The notes under the pieces were generated by a model, which had not been told where the DNA came from, did not search any database, and saw nothing but the letters and a program-made list of their open reading frames with translations. A DNA stretch of 64,000 nt, from the NCBI GenBank assembly GCA_023129325.1, contig JAGMCI010000014.1, positions 2,123 to 66,122 of the forward strand. The letters run 5' to 3'. Source of the DNA: a candidate division WOR-3 bacterium. GTDB taxonomy: Bacteria > Hydrothermota > UBA3073 > JACQXS01 > JAGMCI01. Within the stretch, counting starts at the first letter, position 1, and each line of letters begins with the position of its first letter. The position numbers were made by a program, and so were the translations under genes. Positions 1-8,053 of this stretch are shown here, piece after piece.

Positions 1-54
1 CACACAGAAACTTTTTAATTTTTGCATTTTGATTTTTAATTTTTAAAAGGGTTA

Positions 55-261
55 ATGCATTAGAATTAGTTTCCTTGTCTCTACATAGTCTCCAGCTGAA
101 AATTTTACAAAGTAGATACCTCCTAGGTAGTCTCCAGCATCCCATTTGGCTGAATAGTAGCCTGGTTCTTTGTTACAATTAACAAGGATATTAATTAAGC
201 TACCCGTAACATAAAAAATCAAATTTGTCAAGTTTTTTTTATTTTCTTTGTTATCGCAAAG
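55..261 (-). pseudogene. Remnant of a T9SS-type C-terminal sorting domain (no start codon)
   Basis: Minus-strand translation ends ...FYVTGSLINILVNCNKEPGYYSAKWDAGDYLGGIYFVKFSAGDYVETRKLILMH*. This matches the C-terminal tails of the secreted proteins at 28809-30308 and 30535-33642. Only 69 codons are open, bounded by an in-frame stop, with no ATG. Confidence 0.45.
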
Positions 262-405
262 CTAAAATGTCTCCTCTTTTCATGTCATTACAAATAGATT
301 TTTTGCTTTAGGGCATTAATATGGCAAGACTTAACTGTAGAAAGGCCCGAAAACTATAAATGGAGTAGCTATCGATATTATTGTTTCGAACCATTTCAAT
401 ATTAA

Positions 406-535
406 ATTGGGATAAATTATTCGGCTGTATCTAAAGCAACAAAGCGGTTAGAGAAGGACAAAACAGCTGAAAGCAAGATTGAGAAAATAGAAAGAAAGAT
501 TATTAATGTCTAATGTCAAGACGCGACCCTATGGA
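406..535 (+). pseudogene. Degenerate fragment resembling the C-terminal HTH tail of IS200-like (Y1) transposase-associated proteins
   Basis: Plus frame reads IGINYSAVSKATKRLEKDKTAESKIEKIERKIINV*CQDATLW, broken by stops. The family assignment is from memory only. The end motif AAGAYGCGACCCT recurs at 517-530 and 595-608. Confidence 0.3.
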
Positions 536-638
536 TCTTTACTATTTGAACTCTACCACAGTTTTTAACATTTGTCAAGAAAAATCTTAAATTTTAAGAT
601 GCGACCCTTTATAGACTTGTCTTCTAACCACCTATTTG

Positions 639-1091
639 CTACTTAATGTAATACCCTGAAACCCTCCATTTACCATCTTTATCTTTCATAGGACTGACGG
701 TCTCAATAGCACTTTTCTTTTTTTCAAAAGAAGTCTCATATTCCATGACAACATATTCTCCATCTGGAGCACCAGGCAATGACTTGCAATATTTTTTTGA
801 CTTAACAATCCTGCTAATTAATTTTCCGAGAGGTTTCCTAACTCCACTTAAAGAACTCTGAAATTCCTCCTTTGTTACTGCACTCTTCAAATATCCTGCT
901 GCTTTATCCCATGCTTCACCATAATTTTCCGAATCCACCAATTCAAGCCAATGACTAGCAATTTCTTGCGCTATCCTTTCCTCCTCTGTATGTCCTTTCG
1001 AGATTTCTTTTTCTTTCTTACCACAAGAAATAAGACTTGTACATAACATCAAAACAATAATAACCGATAGCATTGGTGATATTTTTCTCAT
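639..1091 (-). CDS. Lipoprotein, DUF4019-like
   Basis: ORF track. The signal peptide has a lipobox-like LISC followed by GKKEKE. The remainder resembles DUF4019 proteins from memory. Confidence 0.65.
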   Translation of the reverse strand: MRKISPMLSVIIVLMLCTSLISCGKKEKEISKGHTEEERIAQEIASHWLELVDSENYGEAWDKAAGYLKSAVTKEEFQSSLSGVRKPLGKLISRIVKSKKYCKSLPGAPDGEYVVMEYETSFEKKKSAIETVSPMKDKDGKWRVSGYYIK

Positions 1092-1384
1092 TCAAAACCC
1101 CCTTTCTCTATATTTTTGGTTATATCAGATATCTTGTGTAAAATTCAAGATACCTTCATAAACCCATTTCAAATATATCCTGGCTTTAAGATATGGTTAC
1201 AAATTGACATACCAGAACCTCTTCTCTTTCACTTCCTCTCCTGGTAAAATTATCCCCTAAAATTGTTTTTTCTATCATCTCCCCTTTGCTTCTCATCTTA
1301 TCTGCTCCTATTTTTATTTTATTACTTCTCACCTCTTTTGTCAAATCTTTTTTTGAGCTTTTTGATAAATGTTATTCTCTTTAT

Positions 1385-1679
1385 TTACAGCTTCCATAAT
1401 TTTGCCTTTGCTCTTTTATCCAAATATTGTAACCATCACTTAAAGATACTACACATCATAATAGCCTGCACCAAAAGAGTATGTTTCCCCAGCAACCTTA
1501 AACCCGCCACCAGCACACTCCTGCACTGAAAAGCCAAAGGCCCAATCACTTCCGCCATAAGTTTTAGTCCACAGCGTATCAGGTGCCTGTGCATAAAGTG
1601 CGGATCTAACCAAGCAGTAGCAAGCTACTGCACTCCAATTGAAGCCTCGCACTACAAATTTTATATTATGCATACCCAT
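1385..1679 (-). pseudogene. Truncated paralog of the beta-propeller-repeat secreted protein at 28809-30308
   Basis: The 76-aa ORF (1449-1679) has a signal peptide plus one repeat (WTKTYGGSDWAFGFSVQECAGGGFKVAGETYSFGAGYYDV) and then a stop. Downstream frames still read YL*V and DGYNIWIKE, consistent with a decayed continuation of the next repeat. Confidence 0.5.
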
Positions 1680-1816
1680 CCCCTAACAAAAATACTCCAG
1701 CCCGCCTTTAGCGAAACAGGTCTCTCCAACCGGGGTATGTAATGAAATAACTCACTTTTCTCCTTTAATTTGATAATATATTAGGTTTTATCAAGTTTTT
1801 AAAAAACAGGTGCTAT

Positions 1817-2044
1817 CTATAACGCATAGACCGGCACTTTTATAACCTCTATTGGTTTTGCCTTCCTTATTTTTTCCTCCATCGCTTTCTCACTTTCTGC
1901 AGGTATATAAATTTCGCCGCACTTTTTGCAAACTTTTGCCTTTACTTTCCTGAATACATAAAGCTTTTCATCACGCCAGCGCTCAATTTGTGTTACCATC
2001 TCTTCTTTCTCTCCACCACATAAAGCACATAAATCTTTACGCAT
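1817..2044 (-). CDS. YgiT-type zinc-ribbon protein, putative antitoxin (MqsA N-terminal-like)
   Basis: Two CxxC pairs (CALCGG ... CKKCGE). It is 75 aa and lies 13 nt downstream of the DUF4258 gene. Confidence 0.7.
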   Translation of the reverse strand: MRKDLCALCGGEKEEMVTQIERWRDEKLYVFRKVKAKVCKKCGEIYIPAESEKAMEEKIRKAKPIEVIKVPVYAL

Positions 2045-2057
2045 TATCTCCTCCTTC

Positions 2058-2351
2058 TCACGGTGTAACCCATTCTTTTGGGGTAAGCCAATGAGTTGTT
2101 ACAATATAAAGCATCTCTTCACCAAGAGCACATAGAATATAGAGAGACTCTCCTCTGGTATAACCTTGAATTAGATGAGAAGGATATGGTCGGTCATTAG
2201 GATACGACTTAATAATCTTACCTTCCATTATTGCAGATGAGATTTCATCCAACCAGATTCCTCTCTCATCCATTCTCTTTATAGCATGAAGTGTTAATTC
2301 ATATTTACCCTCACTAAACAATTCTCTTATTTTCTGAAGTATATTATTCAT
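2058..2351 (-). CDS. DUF4258-family putative toxin
   Basis: 97 aa. The N-terminal YELTLHAIKRMDERGI motif is typical of DUF4258. It is paired with a zinc-ribbon partner. Confidence 0.7.
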   Translation of the reverse strand: MNNILQKIRELFSEGKYELTLHAIKRMDERGIWLDEISSAIMEGKIIKSYPNDRPYPSHLIQGYTRGESLYILCALGEEMLYIVTTHWLTPKEWVTP

Positions 2352-2410
2352 TATCTAAAAGTTTCTCCTTTGATTTGTTAATGTTAATATAATCAAATTT
2401 TGTGGCATTG

Positions 2411-3364
2411 TCAAGCTTTCAATTTCGGGGATAATTTTTCTATCATATCTTTTGTCATTTTGGGGAGGTCGTATTCTGGCTTCCAGCCCCATTCCTCTCG
2501 TGCTGCTGAATCATCTAAAGATTTGGGCCAGGAATCAGCAATAGCTTGCCTAAAGTCAGGCTTATATTCACAGGTGAATTCAGGTATTATCTCTTTAATT
2601 GAATCAGCCAATTCTCCAGCAGAGAAACTCATTGCAGTGACATTAAAATCAGTGTGATGTTTTAATTTAGATAATGGTACATCAGCCAAATCTATAATTG
2701 CCTTCACACAGTCAGGCATATACATCATAGGGAGAACCGTATTTTCACGCACAAAACAAGTATATTTTTTATGTTTTATTGCCTCATAATATATCTCAAC
2801 AGCGTAATCTGTGGTTCCACCACCAGGTAATGTCTTATAACTAATAATTCCAGGAAGTCTCAAGCCTCTCACATCTAACCCAAAGCGGCGGAAATAATAA
2901 TTGCCTAAAAGTTCACCAGTCACTTTGGTAATACCATACATAGTTGTGGGAAGTAAAATTGTTTCATTAGGAGTATTGTCTCTCGGGGTTTCTGGTCCGA
3001 AAACAGCAATTGAACTTGGAATAATAATCTTTTCAAGTTTATATTTAAGTCCTATCTCTAATACATTGTAAAGTCCTAATATATTTACCTGAAATGCAAG
3101 TTGCGGCTTTTGCTCACCCACAGCTGAAAGGATAGAAGACATATGATAAAAAGTGCCTATATTATATTTCACAATAAATTTTTCAAGAGCCTCTTTATCA
3201 AGAATATTAACAAACTCAAAGGGACCTGCTTTACGCATCCCTTCTGTTGGTTGTGTCTTATGGCCAGCTGCTATAACAGAATTATTACCATACTTTTCTC
3301 TAAGTTTCTCTACTAATTCTGACCCTATCTGCCCAACAGCACCAGTTACTAAAATATTTTTCAT
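2411..3364 (-). CDS. NAD-dependent epimerase/dehydratase-fold SDR, L-threonine 3-dehydrogenase-like
   Basis: VTGAVGQIGSEL Rossmann motif and YGITKVTGE (YxxxK). The start is moved to the ATG at 3364 (MKNILV) because a GGGGGG RBS lies just upstream. Confidence 0.8.
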   Translation of the reverse strand: MKNILVTGAVGQIGSELVEKLREKYGNNSVIAAGHKTQPTEGMRKAGPFEFVNILDKEALEKFIVKYNIGTFYHMSSILSAVGEQKPQLAFQVNILGLYNVLEIGLKYKLEKIIIPSSIAVFGPETPRDNTPNETILLPTTMYGITKVTGELLGNYYFRRFGLDVRGLRLPGIISYKTLPGGGTTDYAVEIYYEAIKHKKYTCFVRENTVLPMMYMPDCVKAIIDLADVPLSKLKHHTDFNVTAMSFSAGELADSIKEIIPEFTCEYKPDFRQAIADSWPKSLDDSAAREEWGWKPEYDLPKMTKDMIEKLSPKLKA

Positions 3365-3402
3365 ATTACCCCCCATTTTTTTGAATGTTATGTAAAATAT
3401 CT

Positions 3403-3481
3403 AACCACAGAGTTCACAGAGTCAAAGAAATTCAAATATTTGAATTTTGATATTTAATATTATTCTGTGTCCTCTGTGGTT
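3403..3481. repeat. Inverted CACAGAG-type element around a perfect AT palindrome
   Basis: AACCACAGAGTTCACAGAG (3403-3421) faces CTGTGTCCTCTGTGGTT (3465-3481). The palindrome AAATTCAAATATTTGAATTT lies between them. The element sits between two minus-strand genes. Confidence 0.65.
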
Positions 3482-3487
3482 CATTTT

Positions 3488-4390
3488 TTAAGATGTTTTA
3501 GCAAATTCACAGACGATTTTTGATACCTCTTTACCGATTCTTGACTGGGCTTCTTTAGTTGCGGCTCCGATGTGTGGAGTAAAAGTAACATTAGGAAGCT
3601 CCATAAGTTCAGTTTTAGGTGGTGGTTCAGTCTTAAAGACATCAAGCCCAGCTCCTCCCACTTTTCCACTTTTAAGAGCTTCAAGCAATGCTTGTTCGTC
3701 AACTACTCCACCCCGGGCACAGTTTATAATAATTACTCCATCTTTCATTTTTTCAAATTCATTCTTTCCAATGAGATGCTTGGTTTCAGGAGTAAAAGGT
3801 ATATGAAGAGATATATAATCTGATGTATTAAGTAAAGTATCGAAATCTACCGATTCTACCCCCTCCACATTTTTAACATAGGGGTCATAACCAACAACAT
3901 TCATTCCAAGAGCAGTTGCCTTTTTAGCAAGCTTTTTCCCAATCCTTCCAATACCTATGATTCCAAGTGTCTTGCCAGATAATTCAATTCCTTTCAATAT
4001 CTTTTTCTCCCATTTGCCCTCTTTTATGGATTGTGTGCCTCTTGCAATATGTCTTGAAAGTGCAAACATATGAGCAAGCGTGATTTCAGCTACAGACGAT
4101 GATGATGCAAGAGGAGTATTGGTAACTTTTATTCCTTTAGTAGTTGCATAATCTACATCTATATTGTCAAGTCCTACACCGCCTCTTACAATAAGTTTCA
4201 TTTGCTCCATCTTGTCAATCATTTCTTTCCTAACTTTAGTAGCGCTTCTTACAACCATAACATCAAAGTCTTTGACTTTCTCTGGCAGTTCCTCTTTTGG
4301 GACGCCAGATAAATCCTGCACATCCACTCCTGCTGATTTCATTTCCTCAATTGCTTGAGGTGAAGTTGGGTCTGCTATAAGAACTTTCAT
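3488..4390 (-). CDS. serA: D-3-phosphoglycerate dehydrogenase / D-2-hydroxyacid dehydrogenase, short form
   Basis: GIIGIGRIGKKLA NAD-binding motif, CARGGVVDE and HIGAAT motifs. It is adjacent to a class V aminotransferase. Confidence 0.8.
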   Translation of the reverse strand: MKVLIADPTSPQAIEEMKSAGVDVQDLSGVPKEELPEKVKDFDVMVVRSATKVRKEMIDKMEQMKLIVRGGVGLDNIDVDYATTKGIKVTNTPLASSSSVAEITLAHMFALSRHIARGTQSIKEGKWEKKILKGIELSGKTLGIIGIGRIGKKLAKKATALGMNVVGYDPYVKNVEGVESVDFDTLLNTSDYISLHIPFTPETKHLIGKNEFEKMKDGVIIINCARGGVVDEQALLEALKSGKVGGAGLDVFKTEPPPKTELMELPNVTFTPHIGAATKEAQSRIGKEVSKIVCEFAKTS

Positions 4391-4402
4391 TTTGCCTCCT
4401 AT

Positions 4403-5542
4403 TTATCCTCTTAGAATTTCTTCTGCTGATTTCACACCTTTTCCAATCTCAACTGGATGTCCCATATCTTTTAAAGTCATTTCAACAGCAGATATGGCAG
4501 TAATGATATCAAATGTTCCCATATATCCTAAATGAGCAATTCTGAATATCTTACCTTTAAGGTGAGCCTGTCCACCAGCGACTTTAACACCATACTTATT
4601 ATCAAGTATCTTTTTAAGTTCCAATCCATCAATTCCATCTGGTACCTTAACTGCAGTGACTGCGTTGGCAGGGTATTTTGAAAGGAGTTCGAGTCCAAGT
4701 GCCTTAATTCCAGCTCTTGTGGCATCTGCAAGTCTGTTATGTCGTTTTAAGACATTATCAATTCCTTCTTCTTTCAACATCTTAAGCGACTGGTCCAGAG
4801 CAATAACCAATGAAATTGCGGGCGTATAAGGCGTTTGCCCTTTTGTTTCAAGAGACTTTTTTGCCTTTTTCCAATCAAAATAATACTTAGGAAGATTTGA
4901 GGTTTCAGCAAATTTCCACGTTTTTTCATTAACTGATGCAAATGCAAGTCCTGGTGGCAACATAAGTCCTTTCTGGGAGCCTGAAACACAAATATCAACA
5001 TTCCAATTATCAACCTCTATATCACAAGCCCCAAGTCCAGAGATAGCATCAACCACAAGTAAGGTATTATCTCTTTTTTTTATAATCTCACCATACTCCT
5101 TTATTGGAGACAGAGTGCCAGTTGATGTTTCACAAAGAGTAGTGAATACTGCTTTAATATCTGGTTCCTTATTAAGACAGTCTTCAATCACCTGTGGTTT
5201 TGCTGTATCGCCCCATTCTACATCTACAGGAATTACCCGAACTCCATAAACTTCACATATTTCAGCCCATCGCTCGCCAAATTTACCACCTCTTATAACT
5301 AATGCTTTATCACCCTGAGATAAAGTATTAATTATTGCCCCTTCCATAGCTCCTGTTCCAGATGAAGCAAAAGTAAGAACAACATTCTTTGTTTTGAAAA
5401 TAAGCTTTAAATTTTCTGATACTCTTCTAAAGATTTCCGCATGTTCAGCTGTCCTGTGATGTATAATTGGCTGTGCTTCAGCCAATCTAACTGCATCAGG
5501 AACTGGAGTGGGACCCGGGGTTAAAAGATATTCTTTTTTCAT
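4403..5542 (-). CDS. Class V aminotransferase (serine-pyruvate / phosphoserine aminotransferase type)
   Basis: LTPGPTPVP N-terminus and SGSQKGL PLP-lysine motif. The start is moved to the ATG at 5542, which is preceded by GGAGGGATT. Confidence 0.85.
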   Translation of the reverse strand: MKKEYLLTPGPTPVPDAVRLAEAQPIIHHRTAEHAEIFRRVSENLKLIFKTKNVVLTFASSGTGAMEGAIINTLSQGDKALVIRGGKFGERWAEICEVYGVRVIPVDVEWGDTAKPQVIEDCLNKEPDIKAVFTTLCETSTGTLSPIKEYGEIIKKRDNTLLVVDAISGLGACDIEVDNWNVDICVSGSQKGLMLPPGLAFASVNEKTWKFAETSNLPKYYFDWKKAKKSLETKGQTPYTPAISLVIALDQSLKMLKEEGIDNVLKRHNRLADATRAGIKALGLELLSKYPANAVTAVKVPDGIDGLELKKILDNKYGVKVAGGQAHLKGKIFRIAHLGYMGTFDIITAISAVEMTLKDMGHPVEIGKGVKSAEEILRG

Positions 5543-5561
5543 AATCCCTCCTTTTATCTCA

Positions 5562-5590
5562 AATATATAAACTATTTGTTCCTTTGTCAA
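5562..5590 (-). promoter_or_regulatory. Sigma-70-like promoter for the serC/serA operon
   Basis: The minus strand reads TTGACA, a 17-nt spacer, then TATATT, ending about 20 nt upstream of the ATG at 5542. Confidence 0.5.
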
Positions 5591-5607
5591 GTCTTTTTAA
5601 AAAAATC

Positions 5608-5635
5608 TTGACAATTTTTAAAAGTCTAATATAAT
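5608..5635 (+). promoter_or_regulatory. Sigma-70-like promoter for the tRNA cluster
   Basis: TTGACA (5608-5613), a 16-nt spacer, then TATAAT (5630-5635). Confidence 0.55.
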
Positions 5636-5677
5636 TGCTACAGAGTAAGTATGGCTCAAGGATAGAGTTTTTGATGG

Positions 5678-5749
5678 GCCGGCATAGCTCAGTGGTAGAG
5701 CAGCTGTTTTGTAAACAGCAGGTCATTGGTTCGAATCCGATTGCCGGCT
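5678..5749 (+). tRNA. tRNA-Thr (anticodon UGU)
   Basis: Hand-folded cloverleaf. Acceptor GCCGGCA/TGCCGGC, D arm GCTC..GAGC, anticodon stem GCTGT/ACAGC with loop TTTGTAA, T arm ATTGG TTCGAAT CCGAT. Confidence 0.9.
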
Positions 5750-5929
5750 ACTTTTGTCTATCAAGAGGAATTGATTTCCTCTGTTGGCTTTTACCAAGAT
5801 AATCACTAGAGCAAAGTAAAATCTATCTACCAGCTTGAAATTGATAAACGGTAATTGGCTATCAGCAAATAGGCACAGATTATTATGAAATGGTTATGTA
5901 TTGAGCTAATAACCAATTACCAGTTTTTT

Positions 5930-6012
5930 GGGCAGGTACCCAAGTGGACAACGGGGGCAGACTGTAAATCTGTTGGCGTATGCCTTCGAAGGTTCGAATC
6001 CTTCCCTGCCCA
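5930..6012 (+). tRNA. tRNA-Tyr (anticodon GUA), long variable arm
   Basis: Acceptor GGGCAGG/CCTGCCC, anticodon loop CTGTAAA, long variable arm TGGCGTATGCCTTC, T arm GAAGG TTCGAAT CCTTC. Confidence 0.9.
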
Positions 6013-6020
6013 AATTTTAT

Positions 6021-6183
6021 GCGGAGGTAACTCAATTGGTAGAGTATTCCGATTACAAGTGCGGGAGTAGCTCAGTTGGTAGAGCATTGGCCTTCCAAGC
6101 CGAGTGTCGCGGGTTCGAGCCCCGTCTCCCGCTGTTTTGCTTTCCAATCGGAATGGTTGCGGGTTCGAGTCCCGTCCTCCGCT
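6021..6183 (+). other. Split Gly-like tRNA whose halves flank the intact tRNA-Gly
   Basis: The 5' half (6021-6051) is GCGGAGG TA ACTC AATTGGTA GAGT A TTCCG. The 3' half (6149-6183) is CGGAA TGGTT GCGGG TTCGAGT CCCGT CCTCCGC T. Acceptor, D, anticodon and T stems all pair, and 97 nt lie between the two anticodon-stem strands. Confidence 0.5.
6061..6133 (+). tRNA. tRNA-Gly (anticodon UCC)
   Basis: Acceptor GCGGGAG/CTCCCGC with discriminator T, anticodon stem TTGGC/GCCGA, loop CTTCCAA, T arm GCGGG TTCGAGC CCCGT. Confidence 0.9.
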
Positions 6184-6305
6184 TTAAAATTAATCCCCAA
6201 TAGTATATCTTGATTGAAAATTATTAACAAAATTCAAATTGTTTCACCTGCTTAAAAATTAAAACTTCAATAAGCTATTGTTTTCCTTTATGTCAAACAA
6301 AAATC

Positions 6306-6334
6306 TTGACAACCATTAGCATTTAAGATAGTAT
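6306..6334 (+). promoter_or_regulatory. Sigma-70-like promoter at the start of the glycan locus
   Basis: TTGACA (6306-6311), a 17-nt spacer, then TAGTAT (6329-6334). It lies upstream of the first locus gene at 6381. Confidence 0.5.
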
Positions 6335-6380
6335 AAAAACTAACTTTAAACCTTTGTGAGTTATCAATATTTATTCAACA

Positions 6381-6938
6381 ATGAGTTCATTACTTACTCC
6401 CTATCTTCGTGAAAGACGAATCAATGTTATAAAGCCGTATCTAAAATTTAATATTTTAGACCTTGGATGTGGTTCGGCGTTGTTATCTACTTATTTAAAT
6501 AAAAATTATTCCTATACGGGTATTGAGTTAAATCGCGAATATGTTAAATGGCTCGAGAAAAAATATCCAATATATAAATTTTATCAATGTAATATTGAAG
6601 TTGATAAATTACCCAATTTTGGCAAAAAATTTGATACAATAACAATGATTGCTGTAATAGAACATTTAAAAAATCCAAGAAATATTTTTAAACAATGCCA
6701 TCATTTACTTAATGAAGAAGGAAATTTAATTATCACTACTCTCCTACCCATTGGTAATCAAATTCATAGAATAGGGGTTAACCTTGGACTGACAAGTAAA
6801 GATGCGGCAGAGAGACACTATTGCCTATATTCCTATCAAAAAATGAAAGAATTACTTCAGGAGGTAAAATTTAAAATAGTTGTATATGAAAAATTTGAAT
6901 TTAACTTGAATCAACTATTTATATGCAAAATACAATGA
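6381..6938 (+). CDS. Class I SAM-dependent methyltransferase
   Basis: ILDLGCGSA motif I and the AVIEHLKNP region. Confidence 0.8.
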   Translation: MSSLLTPYLRERRINVIKPYLKFNILDLGCGSALLSTYLNKNYSYTGIELNREYVKWLEKKYPIYKFYQCNIEVDKLPNFGKKFDTITMIAVIEHLKNPRNIFKQCHHLLNEEGNLIITTLLPIGNQIHRIGVNLGLTSKDAAERHYCLYSYQKMKELLQEVKFKIVVYEKFEFNLNQLFICKIQ

Positions 6939-8053
6939 AAATTTGGGTCTTAGGACCAACTTATCCATTTAGAGGTGGTATAGCTCATTATACAACCTTG
7001 CTTGTGAAAAGTTTAAGAGAAAAATATCAAGTTAAATTCATCTCTTTTAAACATCAATATCCTTCATTTTTATTCCCTGGTAAAAATCAACTTGACATAA
7101 GTAAAATACCCCTTAAAATAAAAAATGAACCAATTTTTAACCCATATAACCCAATGACTTGGTTTTACATAGTTACAAGAGCTAAAAAAAGTATACCCGA
7201 TATGTTCATTTTTAATTGGATTACTCCATTTTTTGCATTACAATTTTTAATTATTATATATCTATTAAAACAGTTCACAAAAATTAAGATTTTAATGATA
7301 TGCCATAATGTAAAAACTCATGAAAGAATGTTAGGAGAAAATATCCTTACGAAACTGACCTTTGGCAAGGTGGATTATTTCATTGTTCATTCGAAAAAGG
7401 GTTTAAAAGCTCTAAAGGAAATAAAGCCAAATGCATATATAAAAAAACATCCGCTTCCAATTTATGACTTTTTTAAATATAAAAATATTTCAAAAGATGA
7501 AGCTCAAAAGAAAATAAATGTTTCTGGAAAAGTTATTCTTTATTTTGGTTTTGTGCGAAAATATAAGGGATTAATATATCTTATTCAAGCTATGCCATTA
7601 GTGTTAAAAGAATATGATGTAAATCTTTTAATTGTAGGTGAATTTTGGGAAAATAAAGAAAACTATCTTAAAGAAATTAAAAAACTTAATATTATAAAAA
7701 AAGTGCAAATAATTGATAAATATATTCCAAATGAAGATGTTAATTTATACTTCTCATCAGCAGATGTTGTAGTTTTACCCTATATTTCTGCTACCCAAAG
7801 TGCTATAATTCAAATTGCTTATGGCTTTGATAAACCTGTAATAAGCACTAAAGTAGGAGGAATTCCGGAAGTTGTAAAAAATGGAATAGCTGGGTTTGTC
7901 GTTCCACCCGAAAACCCAAAAGCTTTAGCTCGTGCTATTATATCATTTTATAAAGATAACAAAGGGAAAGAATTTATAAAAAATATAAAAAAAGAAAAAA
8001 AGAAGTTTGAATGGAATAAGTTAGTAAACGCCATAGAAGAATTGGTAAAATGA
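6923..8053 (+). CDS. Glycosyltransferase, GT4-like (GT-B fold)
   Basis: C-terminal region LPYISATQSAIIQIAYGFDKPVISTKVGGIPEVV, a divergent EX7E-type block. Confidence 0.75.
   Translation: MQNTMKIWVLGPTYPFRGGIAHYTTLLVKSLREKYQVKFISFKHQYPSFLFPGKNQLDISKIPLKIKNEPIFNPYNPMTWFYIVTRAKKSIPDMFIFNWITPFFALQFLIIIYLLKQFTKIKILMICHNVKTHERMLGENILTKLTFGKVDYFIVHSKKGLKALKEIKPNAYIKKHPLPIYDFFKYKNISKDEAQKKINVSGKVILYFGFVRKYKGLIYLIQAMPLVLKEYDVNLLIVGEFWENKENYLKEIKKLNIIKKVQIIDKYIPNEDVNLYFSSADVVVLPYISATQSAIIQIAYGFDKPVISTKVGGIPEVVKNGIAGFVVPPENPKALARAIISFYKDNKGKEFIKNIKKEKKKFEWNKLVNAIEELVK

Noticed and set aside
1263-1529. 88-aa plus-strand ORF
   Set aside because: It is a low-complexity F/L/S peptide from TTC-type arrays and overlaps the minus-strand paralog remnant.
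6052-6148. Group I/II intron or archaeal-type BHB intron in the split tRNA
   Set aside because: The 97 nt are too short for self-splicing introns and are almost fully accounted for by a complete tRNA-Gly. I could not draw a bulge-helix-bulge motif at the junctions.
5885-6203. Three ORFs in the track (5885-6070 +, 5917-6147 -, 5928-6203 +)
   Set aside because: They lie entirely over the tRNA-Tyr, split tRNA and tRNA-Gly genes. The cloverleaf structures explain the sequence.
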